This document shows positions 42,204 through 52,900 of a stretch of DNA of 64,000 nucleotides, in pieces. The first letter of the stretch is position 1, and the number at the start of each line of letters is the position of its first letter. The notes beneath the pieces are model-generated. The model searched no databases. It was not told the origin of the DNA and saw nothing but the letters and a program-made list of their open reading frames with translations. Both the position numbers and the translations under genes were made by a program. The stretch is from a virus, in IMG/VR virus record IMGVR_UViG_3300033141_005269, positions 13,416 through 77,415 of that record; one strand, given 5' to 3'.

Positions 42204-43033
42204 AAATAGCCTAGAGCGCGTAGAGTTTCCATTAGATATTTTTCTTTCTCGGTATGTCGACCAGCACGCTCCGAAGTTTTGGTTTTTTCGATTTCTTTAA
42301 TTATCTCATCGACTGTTTTTGCGTTTGAACGAATTGGTTTTGAGCATGGCCAGCAACCCAGGCTACGATATCTCCAACTATCTTTTGAGAAATAGAGTGG
42401 GTTAACTGGCAAGTTTCTGGATTTGATATAGCGCCAAACATCCAACTCAGTCCAATGAAGAAGCGGATGCACGCGAACATGATTACAGTTGGAACCGAAA
42501 TCTGAGGCATATAAATCCCAAAGCTCTGCGTCTTGGAGCGCTTCATAATTACTATCGGAATTTGGCGATATTATCGTTTTTTGCTGATAAACTTTCCAAC
42601 GCCAGTTTTCATCTCGTGGCGACATAACTCGTTCCTTACTCCGAATGGCATGTTCGTCGCGTCGAATTGAAACCATTAGAGCATCGAGTTTGTTCTGTTC
42701 TACTACTTGTTTAAGCGCTGTCATTTTGTGCTCGGTGCAACATTGTTGAACTGAGTTCTGGAACGGGTTAACCTTGGAATCCGACTTCGCGATGATTAAC
42801 TTTAACTTCCAATCAGAAGCAATTTGATCTCTGAAGTCTAAAAGCTCTTGAAAGTGGAAACCTGTGTCGATATGAATTACCGGGAATGGAATTGTTCCGA
42901 AGAAAGCTTCTCGAACAAGAGAAAGTAAGGTCGTGGAGTCCTTGCCAGTACTCCAAAGAACTGCAATGTTTTCGAACTTTGCATTTGCCTCTCGAATTAT
43001 GTAAATTGATTTTTCGACTAGATCGTCAAGCAA
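42200..43033 (-). CDS. cysD: Sulfate adenylyltransferase subunit 2 / PAPS reductase family
   Basis: WSTGKDS, HIDTG, RRDEH..RSKER..SPRD, HVRVHPLLHWTELDVW, YRSLGC.PC, ERAGR, LRALGY. Confidence 0.8.
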   Translation of the reverse strand: MLDDLVEKSIYIIREANAKFENIAVLWSTGKDSTTLLSLVREAFFGTIPFPVIHIDTGFHFQELLDFRDQIASDWKLKLIIAKSDSKVNPFQNSVQQCCTEHKMTALKQVVEQNKLDALMVSIRRDEHAIRSKERVMSPRDENWRWKVYQQKTIISPNSDSNYEALQDAELWDLYASDFGSNCNHVRVHPLLHWTELDVWRYIKSRNLPVNPLYFSKDSWRYRSLGCWPCSKPIRSNAKTVDEIIKEIEKTKTSERAGRHTEKEKYLMETLRALGYF

Positions 43034-43039
43034 AGTTAA

Positions 43040-43647
43040 TCACTTCCCCAAAGAAAGGACTATCCCGCACAGCTCACTGCAAATTGGCACGAAAGAATCG
43101 TGATTAGAATCGTAATACCATTTGAGTTTATCTAGCGGAATTTCTTTTCCGCAGATAGCACAGATAAATTTTATTCCCTTGGGAGGTAATACAGGACCGG
43201 TCGCCGACACCCCCGAGGAGAAAAATTGATATTCCAAATTACCCCCTCCCCAGTCTATATGCAACTTCACATGTTTCAGAACAGAAAACAAGGAAAGTAC
43301 GTCTTTTTTCATCGTAGTATATTCTGTACGGATGTCCTACAATTATACATTTGCAATTTTTACAAATCCAAGGCGAAAAAACATCTTTTAATTGATCAGT
43401 GTAATCTATAATTTTTTTCACGCCCCAAATTGTAAACAATTTCACAGAGTTCCGAACAAGTAGCTTTTCGTGAGAACTCGAGATATTTTTCATATGGCAA
43501 ATTCACAAAGCATATAGCTTTGCCGCAAATAACACAGCAGATTATTCCAGATACTGTTGTTATTGATTCAGTGCTTAGTGTTTGTTGATTAGGAGTCCAA
43601 TTAATTACTACACTCATTTTGCTCGAAAAACTCCTTAACCTTTTCAA
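43040..43647 (-). CDS. Three tandem small Zn-finger paralogs (43040-43312, ~43310-43493, 43396-43647)
   Basis: Shared CxxC(GK)...CSE(L/T)C..V...LG pattern (TRASH-like). Confidence 0.6.
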
Positions 43648-44704
43648 TTATGAAATTTTGCTCTTCTTTAAACATTTCGGGGAAAAGTGGTAAACTCAAT
43701 AATTCGCGAGATGCTTGTTCAGCAATTGGCAAATCACCAGGTTTATAGTTAAGATGTTTATATGAAGGTTGTAAATGTGAAGGAGTTGGAAAATGAATAC
43801 CAGTTTGTATACCAGCTTTTTCGAGGAAAATTTTAAGCTGATCACGTAACGGAGTGCGAATGGCGTAGAGGTAGAAAACATGCTTAGCCCAAGGAGCTTC
43901 GTATGGAGTGACAACCAATTTATTTAAATGTTGGGTGTATCGCTGCGCGAGTTGCCTTCGTTTCGAAATCCACTTGTTGACGTGGTCCAGTTTTACTGAG
44001 AGGATTGCAGCTTGCAAAGCATCTAGGCGACTATTATAGCCTATGCAAACATGATGATCACGCTTAATCTGTCCATACTCACGAAGAATTCGCGCCCGCT
44101 TAGCGATTTCTGGATCAGAAGTAACTATTGCTCCGCCATCGCCGTAACACCCGAGAACCTTGGTTGGATAGAATGAATAACAAACTGCATTGCCAAAATG
44201 TCCGAGTTTAAATCCTTCGAAGGTTGAGCCGAGGGCTTGTGCAGCATCGAAAATTATTTTTGTATCATCATCCAAAGCATTAAAGATCGAAAGAATATCT
44301 GCTGGATGGCCGAATAAGTGAACTGGTATCACGGCTTTAATCTTTAAGCTGATAAGATGTTTTGCGTTTAGGGTTAAAGTTTTTGGCTCAACGTCCAGTA
44401 GGAGTGGGTGAGCGCCAAGACGTGGAATACAATCAACTGTCGATATCCAAGAATTAGGGACAGTCGCTACTTTATCATCGGTTGAAATGCCACAAGCTCG
44501 AAGAGCTATGAGTAGAGCATCTGTGCCACTGTTAACTCCAATTGCATAGCTTGCGCCAACTGCTCGTGCGAATTGTTCCTCGAAGTCCTCAAGAAACTTG
44601 CCCTTGATGAAGTGACCGCTTTGGAGAACTTCTTTAATTGCCGAATCAATCTCGTCTTTAATTTCCTGATATTGTCTTGTTAGATCGCAAAGTGGAATTT
44701 GCAT
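43601..44704 (-). CDS. DegT/DnrJ/EryC1/StrS sugar aminotransferase
   Basis: NSGTDAL, PVHLFG, DAAQA, SFYPTKVLGCYGDGG, GYNSRLD. Confidence 0.95.
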   Translation of the reverse strand: MQIPLCDLTRQYQEIKDEIDSAIKEVLQSGHFIKGKFLEDFEEQFARAVGASYAIGVNSGTDALLIALRACGISTDDKVATVPNSWISTVDCIPRLGAHPLLLDVEPKTLTLNAKHLISLKIKAVIPVHLFGHPADILSIFNALDDDTKIIFDAAQALGSTFEGFKLGHFGNAVCYSFYPTKVLGCYGDGGAIVTSDPEIAKRARILREYGQIKRDHHVCIGYNSRLDALQAAILSVKLDHVNKWISKRRQLAQRYTQHLNKLVVTPYEAPWAKHVFYLYAIRTPLRDQLKIFLEKAGIQTGIHFPTPSHLQPSYKHLNYKPGDLPIAEQASRELLSLPLFPEMFKEEQNFIIEKVKEFFEQNECSN

Positions 44705-44706
44705 TG

Positions 44707-45594
44707 TTAACCCCTTAATGAATTGATTATTTTGACAACCTTCGCAGCGAACTTAAAATTAGTCAATGGCTCGAGATCGTTTTGAATACAATCAATAAAA
44801 TGAGAGCAAGAAACTGTGAGTGGAGGCGTAGGGTCAATTTGAGAGCTCTTTTCAATACCGAAGAACTTGATGCATTTTTCGCGTGGCAGATTGATTTCAT
44901 CGAATAGAATTGCTTGTTTATCATAAATGACATTAATTATTCGTTGCTTCATCATTTCATAACTAACTGTAACATGGAAAAAGGAATTTTTATCGAAGAA
45001 AGTAGCTAGAGCAGTCTTTTGATCGATTTCGATACATCCGCCAGGTCGTAATTGTTTAAAGAATGAAAGTAAGATCGAAGTGGGGTGGGGCATCCAGTCG
45101 TTGAAAGCGCTGAGATCCACTCTGAAGGGTTCGAAATTAGAGAAAAGAATACTTATGAATTTTGGCTTACCAAACTCTGAAATTAATTCTCCTAATTTTT
45201 GAATGCCTGGGTGATACAAGTAAGTATAGTCAACCATACAGGTTAAATCGTCTGGTTTATTAAGTTTGAGATATTTCGCATCGCGATAAGAAAGCGTGAA
45301 AGGTTTTTCGACAAAACAATGCAAATTGTATTTCAAAGCTTGGTATGTAAGCTCGAAATGAGTGACTGCCGGGGTAGCGATTGCAACCGCATCTATATCA
45401 GCGGATTTGAAAAAATCATCTCGATTAGAAAAAGTGCTTATTGATCCGTAAGAATTTATCGCTTCATGCAGTTTAGCTTCCGAGGAGTCGCAGATTGCGG
45501 TTAATTTGCAGTTGGGAATGTTTGTGAATGTTTTCGCGAGATTGTGTCCCCATCGGCCGAAACCAATCAAACCCACCTTAATCAAGTATTTCAC
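44707..45594 (-). CDS. Gfo/Idh/MocA oxidoreductase
   Basis: IGFGRWG, IATPAVTH, FVEKP. Confidence 0.92.
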   Translation of the reverse strand: MKYLIKVGLIGFGRWGHNLAKTFTNIPNCKLTAICDSSEAKLHEAINSYGSISTFSNRDDFFKSADIDAVAIATPAVTHFELTYQALKYNLHCFVEKPFTLSYRDAKYLKLNKPDDLTCMVDYTYLYHPGIQKLGELISEFGKPKFISILFSNFEPFRVDLSAFNDWMPHPTSILLSFFKQLRPGGCIEIDQKTALATFFDKNSFFHVTVSYEMMKQRIINVIYDKQAILFDEINLPREKCIKFFGIEKSSQIDPTPPLTVSCSHFIDCIQNDLEPLTNFKFAAKVVKIINSLRG

Positions 45595-45679
45595 CTTTAT
45601 ATTTTTATAATTGTTCGAGAAAATAATAAAAGAAGCAATTACATAAACTTTCTGTTGAAAGAGGAACGTGAGAGAAAGG

Positions 45680-46939
45680 ATGTCTTTTCTAAGGAATTTG
45701 GCGAGAAGAAAACCGAGAAAACCTGAGAAATGGGTATATTTAGTGAACAGTGAGTTGTCCAGAGCTTGGGAAATGAGTAAGGGAATTGTCAGAAAAAGTA
45801 GAATTTCTAGTATTTGGGGAGAGCCATTACGTCATCAAACACGAAAGATTCGAATGGAGAAATATCAAGAATATTATCAGAGCGATGGATTAGTTCGTCG
45901 AGCGATAGACACGTACGTAAATAGCGCACTGACTGGCTTCCAATTGATTGATTTAGAGTCGGGGCAAAGTGACACCAAAGAAGTTGAGATATGCAAACAG
46001 CTTATGGATAGAATTAATGCGGAAGAAGTTTTAGCTCGAATGTTTGCTGAAGTATTAGTTTTCGGGACCGCTTTTATGGAGCTTGATATCCAAAATGGGA
46101 AAATCGAAAGAGTTCTGTTTTTGAATCCAAAGGATATGAGGATACATATTGATGAACATGGGCGAATAATTAAGATCAGTCAACGAAGAACTAGCGAAGA
46201 AGGAGAATATCCAACTTGGGAGGGGGAAGAACTTGAGGATATTATTCCAGTGACATGGGATGTAGTTGGGTCTGAGCCATATGGTCTTGGTTTGATCGAA
46301 CCTATCGCAGACTTACTCGAAAAGAAAGAAGAAATAGAAAAAGACCTTGCTGTTGTAACTCATTTGTTTGCGCACCCATGGATACTCGTGAAAGTTGGAA
46401 CTGATCAGTACCCGGCGAGCCCTTCCTCTGTAGATTCAGTTCGAAAAGAACTCGAGAATTATAAGCCGGGAAAATATCTAGTGACCAGGCATAATGTGAA
46501 TATTGACATGTTAACGCCAAGGGTGCCTCAAGGTTTGCAGGAGCACTATGATAGAATAGTTGAGAATATAATAGTCGGGCTTGGCGTGCCGAGGACTTTC
46601 CTAGCTGGCGGCGGAAGAGTAACTGGTGGAGCCGAAAGATCACCTTTGCAGGCGCGAATTATTTTCGATAGAAACGTCAGAAGGTTACAACATCTCGGAG
46701 CGTTTGTTTTCGAGGAAAGAATTTTTCCACGAGAGCTCGAACTCGCTGGGCTTGGGAAGAAACAAGTTGTTGGGATGAGATGGAATGCTTCCGAATTACC
46801 AATCGAATTGTCAGGCAAAGAGTTAACAGAATTGCTTGCTGGTGGAATATTGTCGAAAGAAGAAGCGAGAAGATATTTGCAATCAAGGGGCGTGCCTATA
46901 AGTGAGAAAGGTGAATTTGAAAGTGGGGAAGTTATCTAG
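45680..46939 (+). CDS. Portal protein
   Basis: YYQSDGLVRRAID, VFGTAFME, LNPKDM, PYGLGLIEP, LGVP; first gene of the head operon. Confidence 0.85.
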   Translation: MSFLRNLARRKPRKPEKWVYLVNSELSRAWEMSKGIVRKSRISSIWGEPLRHQTRKIRMEKYQEYYQSDGLVRRAIDTYVNSALTGFQLIDLESGQSDTKEVEICKQLMDRINAEEVLARMFAEVLVFGTAFMELDIQNGKIERVLFLNPKDMRIHIDEHGRIIKISQRRTSEEGEYPTWEGEELEDIIPVTWDVVGSEPYGLGLIEPIADLLEKKEEIEKDLAVVTHLFAHPWILVKVGTDQYPASPSSVDSVRKELENYKPGKYLVTRHNVNIDMLTPRVPQGLQEHYDRIVENIIVGLGVPRTFLAGGGRVTGGAERSPLQARIIFDRNVRRLQHLGAFVFEERIFPRELELAGLGKKQVVGMRWNASELPIELSGKELTELLAGGILSKEEARRYLQSRGVPISEKGEFESGEVI

Positions 46940-47168
46940 AAAATATCCTAATCCGTATCCGAAACCGAAATGCCCATATGCGTTGATATGCCCATTTACA
47001 AAACCAGATCCGAAACGCTTCGCGGAAGCTTTCCCAAGATACTATGGGAGAAGGTTACGATGTCATTATGTCAACGTGTTTGAATGCCCAGTTGAAGATA
47101 AATATCCTTCGAGTAAGCGATATGATGAACGCTGGCCATACCCAATATTTTATCGGAGATGGTAGAGG

Positions 47169-49394
47169 ATGGATTTACCAGTTCGTCCTGGCATAATGCT
47201 AGTGAAGCCACATGCCGAGTTGCTTTGGAAAGGCGAGAAGAAGATCATAATCAAGGCGAAACGATTCGATAAATATAATGACACACGGATTTACTGGTTT
47301 GATGATGATTACGTTTATGGTATGTTAATACTTGGAAAACCACGCGGACCCATCACTCGAGAAGAGGCAAAGGCACTATCTTCAGAATCAAGAATTACTG
47401 ATGAAGAATTCGAGAAATGGTGGCCAGACCAGAAAGAATTCTGGGTGTGGAGACCAAGAATTTTAGTTCGCTTCAAGGAGCCGATAAAACATCCAAAGTG
47501 GGAAGGCATACAAACCTTCAAGCGTCAAATTGCGCTCAGTGAAAAGCAAGAATACGGTCCTCCATATGCTCCGGTGCCCAGATCGGGAAAGAAGCTGGGT
47601 GAGCTGATAAAACTCAAGGATGTTTTGGACGGCGGTTTCAAGCCCATAGTGTTGCAAGACTTGCTTGTTAATTTGACGGGAGGACTGGTTAATACTGGCG
47701 AGACGGAAGGCGATGTGGATATACCTTATCGAGCTCCTTCACCTCAACCAATAACTTCTGAAATGGAAAAATTATCCGATTTATTCGAACAATTACCAGA
47801 CAGTGAGCTTAAAGGACAGATTAAAGCGGTTGGAGAAAATCTTTTCAGCAAAATTATCGAATATTTAGACTTCTGGGACAACGCGATAAGATTTCGTCTT
47901 TATAGGTACTTAGAAGGTACACGACCCAAATTGAAAGGGAGACTTCATATCTTTCCAGATTTGCGTGGACCGATAACAAGTTATATTCCGTTATATAGCC
48001 TAATGCTAGTGCCCATAAAGCCGCTAAAACGAGTGGAGATGAGTGAGATTGATTTAGCCAGAGATGATATCGCTGACAAGATATTCGAACTGATCAAGAC
48101 TGGAAAATGGGAGAAAATTAAAGCTGATGAAAGAGTCGAGATGATGAAGAAGCAAAAAGAAATTACTCCTCCTTTACCAATCGTGCCAACTAAAACATCA
48201 AAGGCTGGATATCGAGAACTCGAGTTATTCGAAAAACGCTCGGTTGCTAAGCTTGCCTCAGAATGGCTAAAAGAACATCCTGGAGCCAAAATTTATACGG
48301 AAGTTAAATTCGATGGGATGAGATTAATACTTGTTAAGGATAAGGACAAGGCTTGGATGTGGACAGAGAGCGGGGAGAATGTAGCTGATGTTTTGCCGAA
48401 CTTAAGGAAGGACTTACTGTCACTGAATGCGGAAACAGTCTATCTGGATAGTGAAGTCGTGCCATATGATGAAGGAGGACGAGCACTCGGTCGAAGAGCA
48501 GCAATGGGAGCTATGGGGAAAGGAGAAATTGATGATAGTCACTGGATAGCTCATGTTTTTGACTGTATTTACCTAAATGGATCACAGCTTTGGAAGAAAC
48601 CATATGAAGAAAGAAGGAAAATTTTGCGTGGCATCGAATTGCCGCGAGCTGATGTACCTAAAAGTTTCAAGTTCCATTTGCAAGAAAATATACCAAGGAT
48701 CGCGACAAGTCCTGAAGAAGTCATTAAGTTCACAAATGAGGTTTCAGCAATACCATACAGCGAAGGCGCTATGTACAAACTGAGCGATTCGATATATCCA
48801 ATTGGAAAGAGGACGCCGAGCTGGGCGAAACTCAAAAAGTTTGCTGATGTAGACGTGCTTGTAGTTGCTAAGTTCGCGAAGACCTATAGAACTGGTCCGC
48901 AGAAAGGGAAACCGATACCAGGTCAATGGATGCTTGCTGGTGCTGTTGGTCCAGTTGATCCGAAGGATTTGCCGAAAAACGCGAAAGTTTGGAAACCCAA
49001 TGAATTAACTCATGACGGCGTGAAGAAGAATAAGCAAGTTTTCGTGAAATGGAACGGAAAGATTTATTCTCTGCTCGGGTTAACTTTCGCGACCGCGGAG
49101 AAAATAAAGCCTGGTGAAATAGTTCGGGTAACGGTACGTTTGATACGAAAGATAAGTCCGGTTGAGTACCACTGGTTGATACCGAGGGTATTAGAGAAAA
49201 GACCAGAAAAGAAGGAACCAGATCCGCTGAGTGTTGTAAGTGCAATTGCGAAGAAAACACAGTATAAAATCGAACGCGAGAAAAAGATGAGTGAAGAAGA
49301 GATTTGGGAGCTATACGAGGGATTAAACGATTATTTGGCGAGTTTAGAACTTAATGAGTTAAACGAAAAGATACCGGAGTTTGACGTCGAATGA
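47169..49394 (+). CDS. Multidomain ASCH/PUA-like + nucleotidyltransferase-like + ATP-dependent DNA ligase
   Basis: PHAELLWKGEK (ASCH-like); TGGLVNTGETEGDVDI; ligase EVKFDGMR, DSEV, FDCIYLNG, EGAMYK, WAKLK, then OB domain. Confidence 0.85.
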   Translation: MDLPVRPGIMLVKPHAELLWKGEKKIIIKAKRFDKYNDTRIYWFDDDYVYGMLILGKPRGPITREEAKALSSESRITDEEFEKWWPDQKEFWVWRPRILVRFKEPIKHPKWEGIQTFKRQIALSEKQEYGPPYAPVPRSGKKLGELIKLKDVLDGGFKPIVLQDLLVNLTGGLVNTGETEGDVDIPYRAPSPQPITSEMEKLSDLFEQLPDSELKGQIKAVGENLFSKIIEYLDFWDNAIRFRLYRYLEGTRPKLKGRLHIFPDLRGPITSYIPLYSLMLVPIKPLKRVEMSEIDLARDDIADKIFELIKTGKWEKIKADERVEMMKKQKEITPPLPIVPTKTSKAGYRELELFEKRSVAKLASEWLKEHPGAKIYTEVKFDGMRLILVKDKDKAWMWTESGENVADVLPNLRKDLLSLNAETVYLDSEVVPYDEGGRALGRRAAMGAMGKGEIDDSHWIAHVFDCIYLNGSQLWKKPYEERRKILRGIELPRADVPKSFKFHLQENIPRIATSPEEVIKFTNEVSAIPYSEGAMYKLSDSIYPIGKRTPSWAKLKKFADVDVLVVAKFAKTYRTGPQKGKPIPGQWMLAGAVGPVDPKDLPKNAKVWKPNELTHDGVKKNKQVFVKWNGKIYSLLGLTFATAEKIKPGEIVRVTVRLIRKISPVEYHWLIPRVLEKRPEKKEPDPLSVVSAIAKKTQYKIEREKKMSEEEIWELYEGLNDYLASLELNELNEKIPEFDVE

Positions 49395-49972
49395 GCGAAG
49401 TTGTTAAGAAACGTTTTACTGAATGCGAATGGGTGAAAGATATTCTTGGAAGAAGAAAAGAGTTTCAAGAAACACCATCAGAAACCTTGGGCATGAATGG
49501 TCCTCTGAAACCACGAGTGAAATTCGCCTTGCAGATAGCTTCGGAAATTACCCCGAAGGGAAAGGCTTTAGATGTTGGTTGCGGATCGCAATTGTATTTC
49601 GCGCATGGGCTTGAGAAACTTGGGTATGAAGTTTACTGTGTAGATGTTTTGCCAAGACAGTTCGAAAGATTTGTTTTGGCTGACGCACACAGACTACCAT
49701 TTCGAAGCAATGTCTTCCATCTGGTGAACTGTGGATCAGTTTTAGAGTACTTATTTTACCCAGAACTTTTCGTTGAAGAAACTTTTCGAATAACAGATGA
49801 TGGAGGTTATTTCATTTTGCACGTACCAGAGAAGCCAGATTGGGGCAAATGGCCATTGATCGCTAGAGGATTTACTAGAAACGAGATTGAGAGCATGATG
49901 AGTGATGCTGGTTTCGAAATAATGGGTTGGAAGAAATTTGGGGAAAATTTAGTTGAGGTGGGGAGAAAGTAA
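49391..49972 (+). CDS. Class I SAM methyltransferase
   Basis: LDVGCG, ADAHRLPF, VLEY. Confidence 0.9.
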   Translation: MSEVVKKRFTECEWVKDILGRRKEFQETPSETLGMNGPLKPRVKFALQIASEITPKGKALDVGCGSQLYFAHGLEKLGYEVYCVDVLPRQFERFVLADAHRLPFRSNVFHLVNCGSVLEYLFYPELFVEETFRITDDGGYFILHVPEKPDWGKWPLIARGFTRNEIESMMSDAGFEIMGWKKFGENLVEVGRK

Positions 49973-52900
49973 TGCCAATACTTCATTTCCTTGGGACAAG
50001 AGGCGAAATTCAAGAAACTCGAAGCGGGCATGAAAAACATTCTGGATTACTTATTAAGTACTATAAGGAACGGATTTTATTTGATTGTGGAGAACCAGAG
50101 TTTTTGAAGGAAAATCCGAATTATATCTTCTTAACTCATGCTCATCCAGATCACGCTGCTGGTTTGAACGGTGAAAAGGGAGAAGGTACAAAAATTCCAG
50201 TTTATTGCACTGAAGAAACTCGAAATCTGTTAGAAGAAGCTAAAGTAAAGGTTCGTTACTGGCGCGAAATAAAACCTCAAAAAACGATAAAACTTGGATC
50301 GTTTAGGATAACTGCTTTTCGAGTTTTGCATAGCATAAAAGCTCCAGCAGTTTGTTTCAAAATCGAGGTTGGTAGAAAAACTTTCCTTTACGCGCCAGAT
50401 GTCATTAAAATACTCGATGAAAGCGCTTATGATAATGTGCAAGTTTACATCGCTGATGGATCGAGTTTAGATCGAGATTTGATTAGAAAGAAGAACAAGA
50501 AGATATTTGGGCACGCGAGCTTGAAAAGTCAAATAACTGAAATCAGAAAGCATAAAATCCCAGAGATGATAATTACTCATTGGGGTAAGCAGCTCATAGA
50601 AATGAGAGATGAAGAGATTATGAAGAAACTCGAAGATTATAGTGATGGAGAAGTCGAGATTATACTCGCGAAAGACGGGATGCAAATTGATTATGTAAAT
50701 GGAATTAAATTTTTGAGTAGCAAGCCTCATTCAGTTGAACTAATTGCCGATATCAAAACTTATGATCCGATGAAGCTTATTAGGACTGAACGCGGGAAAA
50801 AGGTATTAGCTGATGACCATAGAATATGCTTCCCCACAGGGACGCCCGTTATGACTGATCCCGATGGATTTAGACCCATTGAAGAACTCTCCGAGAAGGA
50901 TAGAATCATAATCGGGACGGAGAGAGCGCAGGTCTTAAAAAAATTTGAGCGGGGGTATGCAGGGGAAATTGTTCGCTTCAGGGTTGCTCATCTTGGTTGG
51001 TTTGAGGCGACTCCGGATCATCCCATTTTGGTTACGCCTTTAAGGGATATTGGGCCTCGACTTGTTTTGGGCTATACCAAAAGAGCTCGAGATGAAAAAG
51101 GACGCTTTAAATGGATTCATGAGTATCCTAAAATATGGCGGCTTACCAAGGAGTTGAAAGCGAATCGGTATGCAGTAATTATTCCACTTCTCGAAGAAAG
51201 AAAGACTGCGTGGCCAAAAGAATTTTTCGCGCTTGCGGGCTGGTATCTGGCGGAAGGTTTTCCGGCGAATAAGACAGAGCTTCGCTTTTCATTGGCACTT
51301 GATGAAGAAGATTTCGCTGAGGAAATATGCGGATTGGCTAAGAAGGTCTACGGATGCAAGGCGAAATGGCGGAAATTAGAACGAGAAATTCGAGTTTCGA
51401 TTTACAGTCAAAGAGCGGTCCAAGAAATGGTTAGATTATTTGGAAAGGGAGCTTTACAGAAACGGATCCCACTTGGGATTTTGCAAGCAGAACGAATGAA
51501 ACTTCAAGCGCTTTTGGAGAAGTTTGAAAAGGGCGATGGCTGGAACCGCGGGATGTATCGGTCAGTTGCAACAGCTTCTGGAATGCTTGCATATTCCCTT
51601 TTCCTCGCTTATGCAAAGTGCGGAATTGTTCCATCCGTGCATGTGCGGCGACAAAGGAAATGGAGCGATAGAAAGCTATGGACATTGAGTTATTATAAGA
51701 ACGGGAAACGGAAGGATTATTGGATAATCGAAAATGAACTTTACCTTCCAATTAGAAAGGTAGAATGGAAAGAATATAGCGGGCAAGTTTATAATATTGA
51801 AACGTCGAACGGCGAATATGCAGTTCCCTTTATTGTGCATAACTGTCATGCTTGGGCTAAAAAGTTGAAAGAAGGGAAAACTCTTGGTGGGCAATTTGAA
51901 GGAATGCCGCTAGAAGAGCAAAAACGCTTAATCGAAGAAGCACATATGAAAATTGTTGAAGCATTTGAGAAGCTTGGTTGGAAACATAACACTCCGCTGA
52001 ACTTCATGGAAGAACTTACCGTTTTCGAATTAGCAGAAAATGTTTTGACATTGTATCCGCCAGAAGATAAACACTGGCGATTTGTTTTACAAGCTCATGT
52101 ACGGGGCACATCAGTGCATTTAGATGATCGGAATGAAATAACTGAAAAGCGTTTGAAAGGCGTGACGATGAATTTGATAAAAAGTTTGTTGCCAGATGCA
52201 CTGAGATTATTTTCATCCAAGAAAGAAGTTTTGAGCAGTTTATCTGAAAATGAGGAAAGAGCTAATGGACTGAAAGAGGAAAAGAAAATTAAAGAAAGTA
52301 TTAAGTTTATTCGTGAGAAATTATCGAGTAAGACATTTGGAAAGTTTTTAGAAGATGTAATTAAGAATGATTGGTTCGACAAGTTAAGTCTTGCTTTGCA
52401 TCCGGAACTGAAAGAGGAAATGAGTAAAAGAATTGATAACATGCCATTTGAAAAATTAAAATCTGTTGTTTTAAAGCGCGCACCTGAGGTTGAGGAATTT
52501 TTCTCTGATCCAAATAATAAGGCGTTATGCGAGCAGAAATTACCCGAACCAATAGAATGGTTATTTAATGATAGCCCATTTACAATACCTTACGATTTCG
52601 AAGGCGATATAACTTATCGCTTAATAGGTGAAAAAGCTCACGTTATCGAAATGAAACGTTACGATGAGCATGGGAAAGCAATTGATCTTATGGAAGGCGA
52701 AGTACCTCCTGGAACTGTTGGAGCCACTGCTGAGCTGAAAGGTCGTTTCATTATAATCGATAAAGGTGAAGTTGAATACGGAGCGCAGAAGATATATTAT
52801 CAAGAATGGTTTAAACACGGGAAACTTCTGAATGGCAAATTTAATCTGCGATTGTTACCGAGATCGAAAGAGTGGGCAAAAGCTGGTCGCGAGCATATGG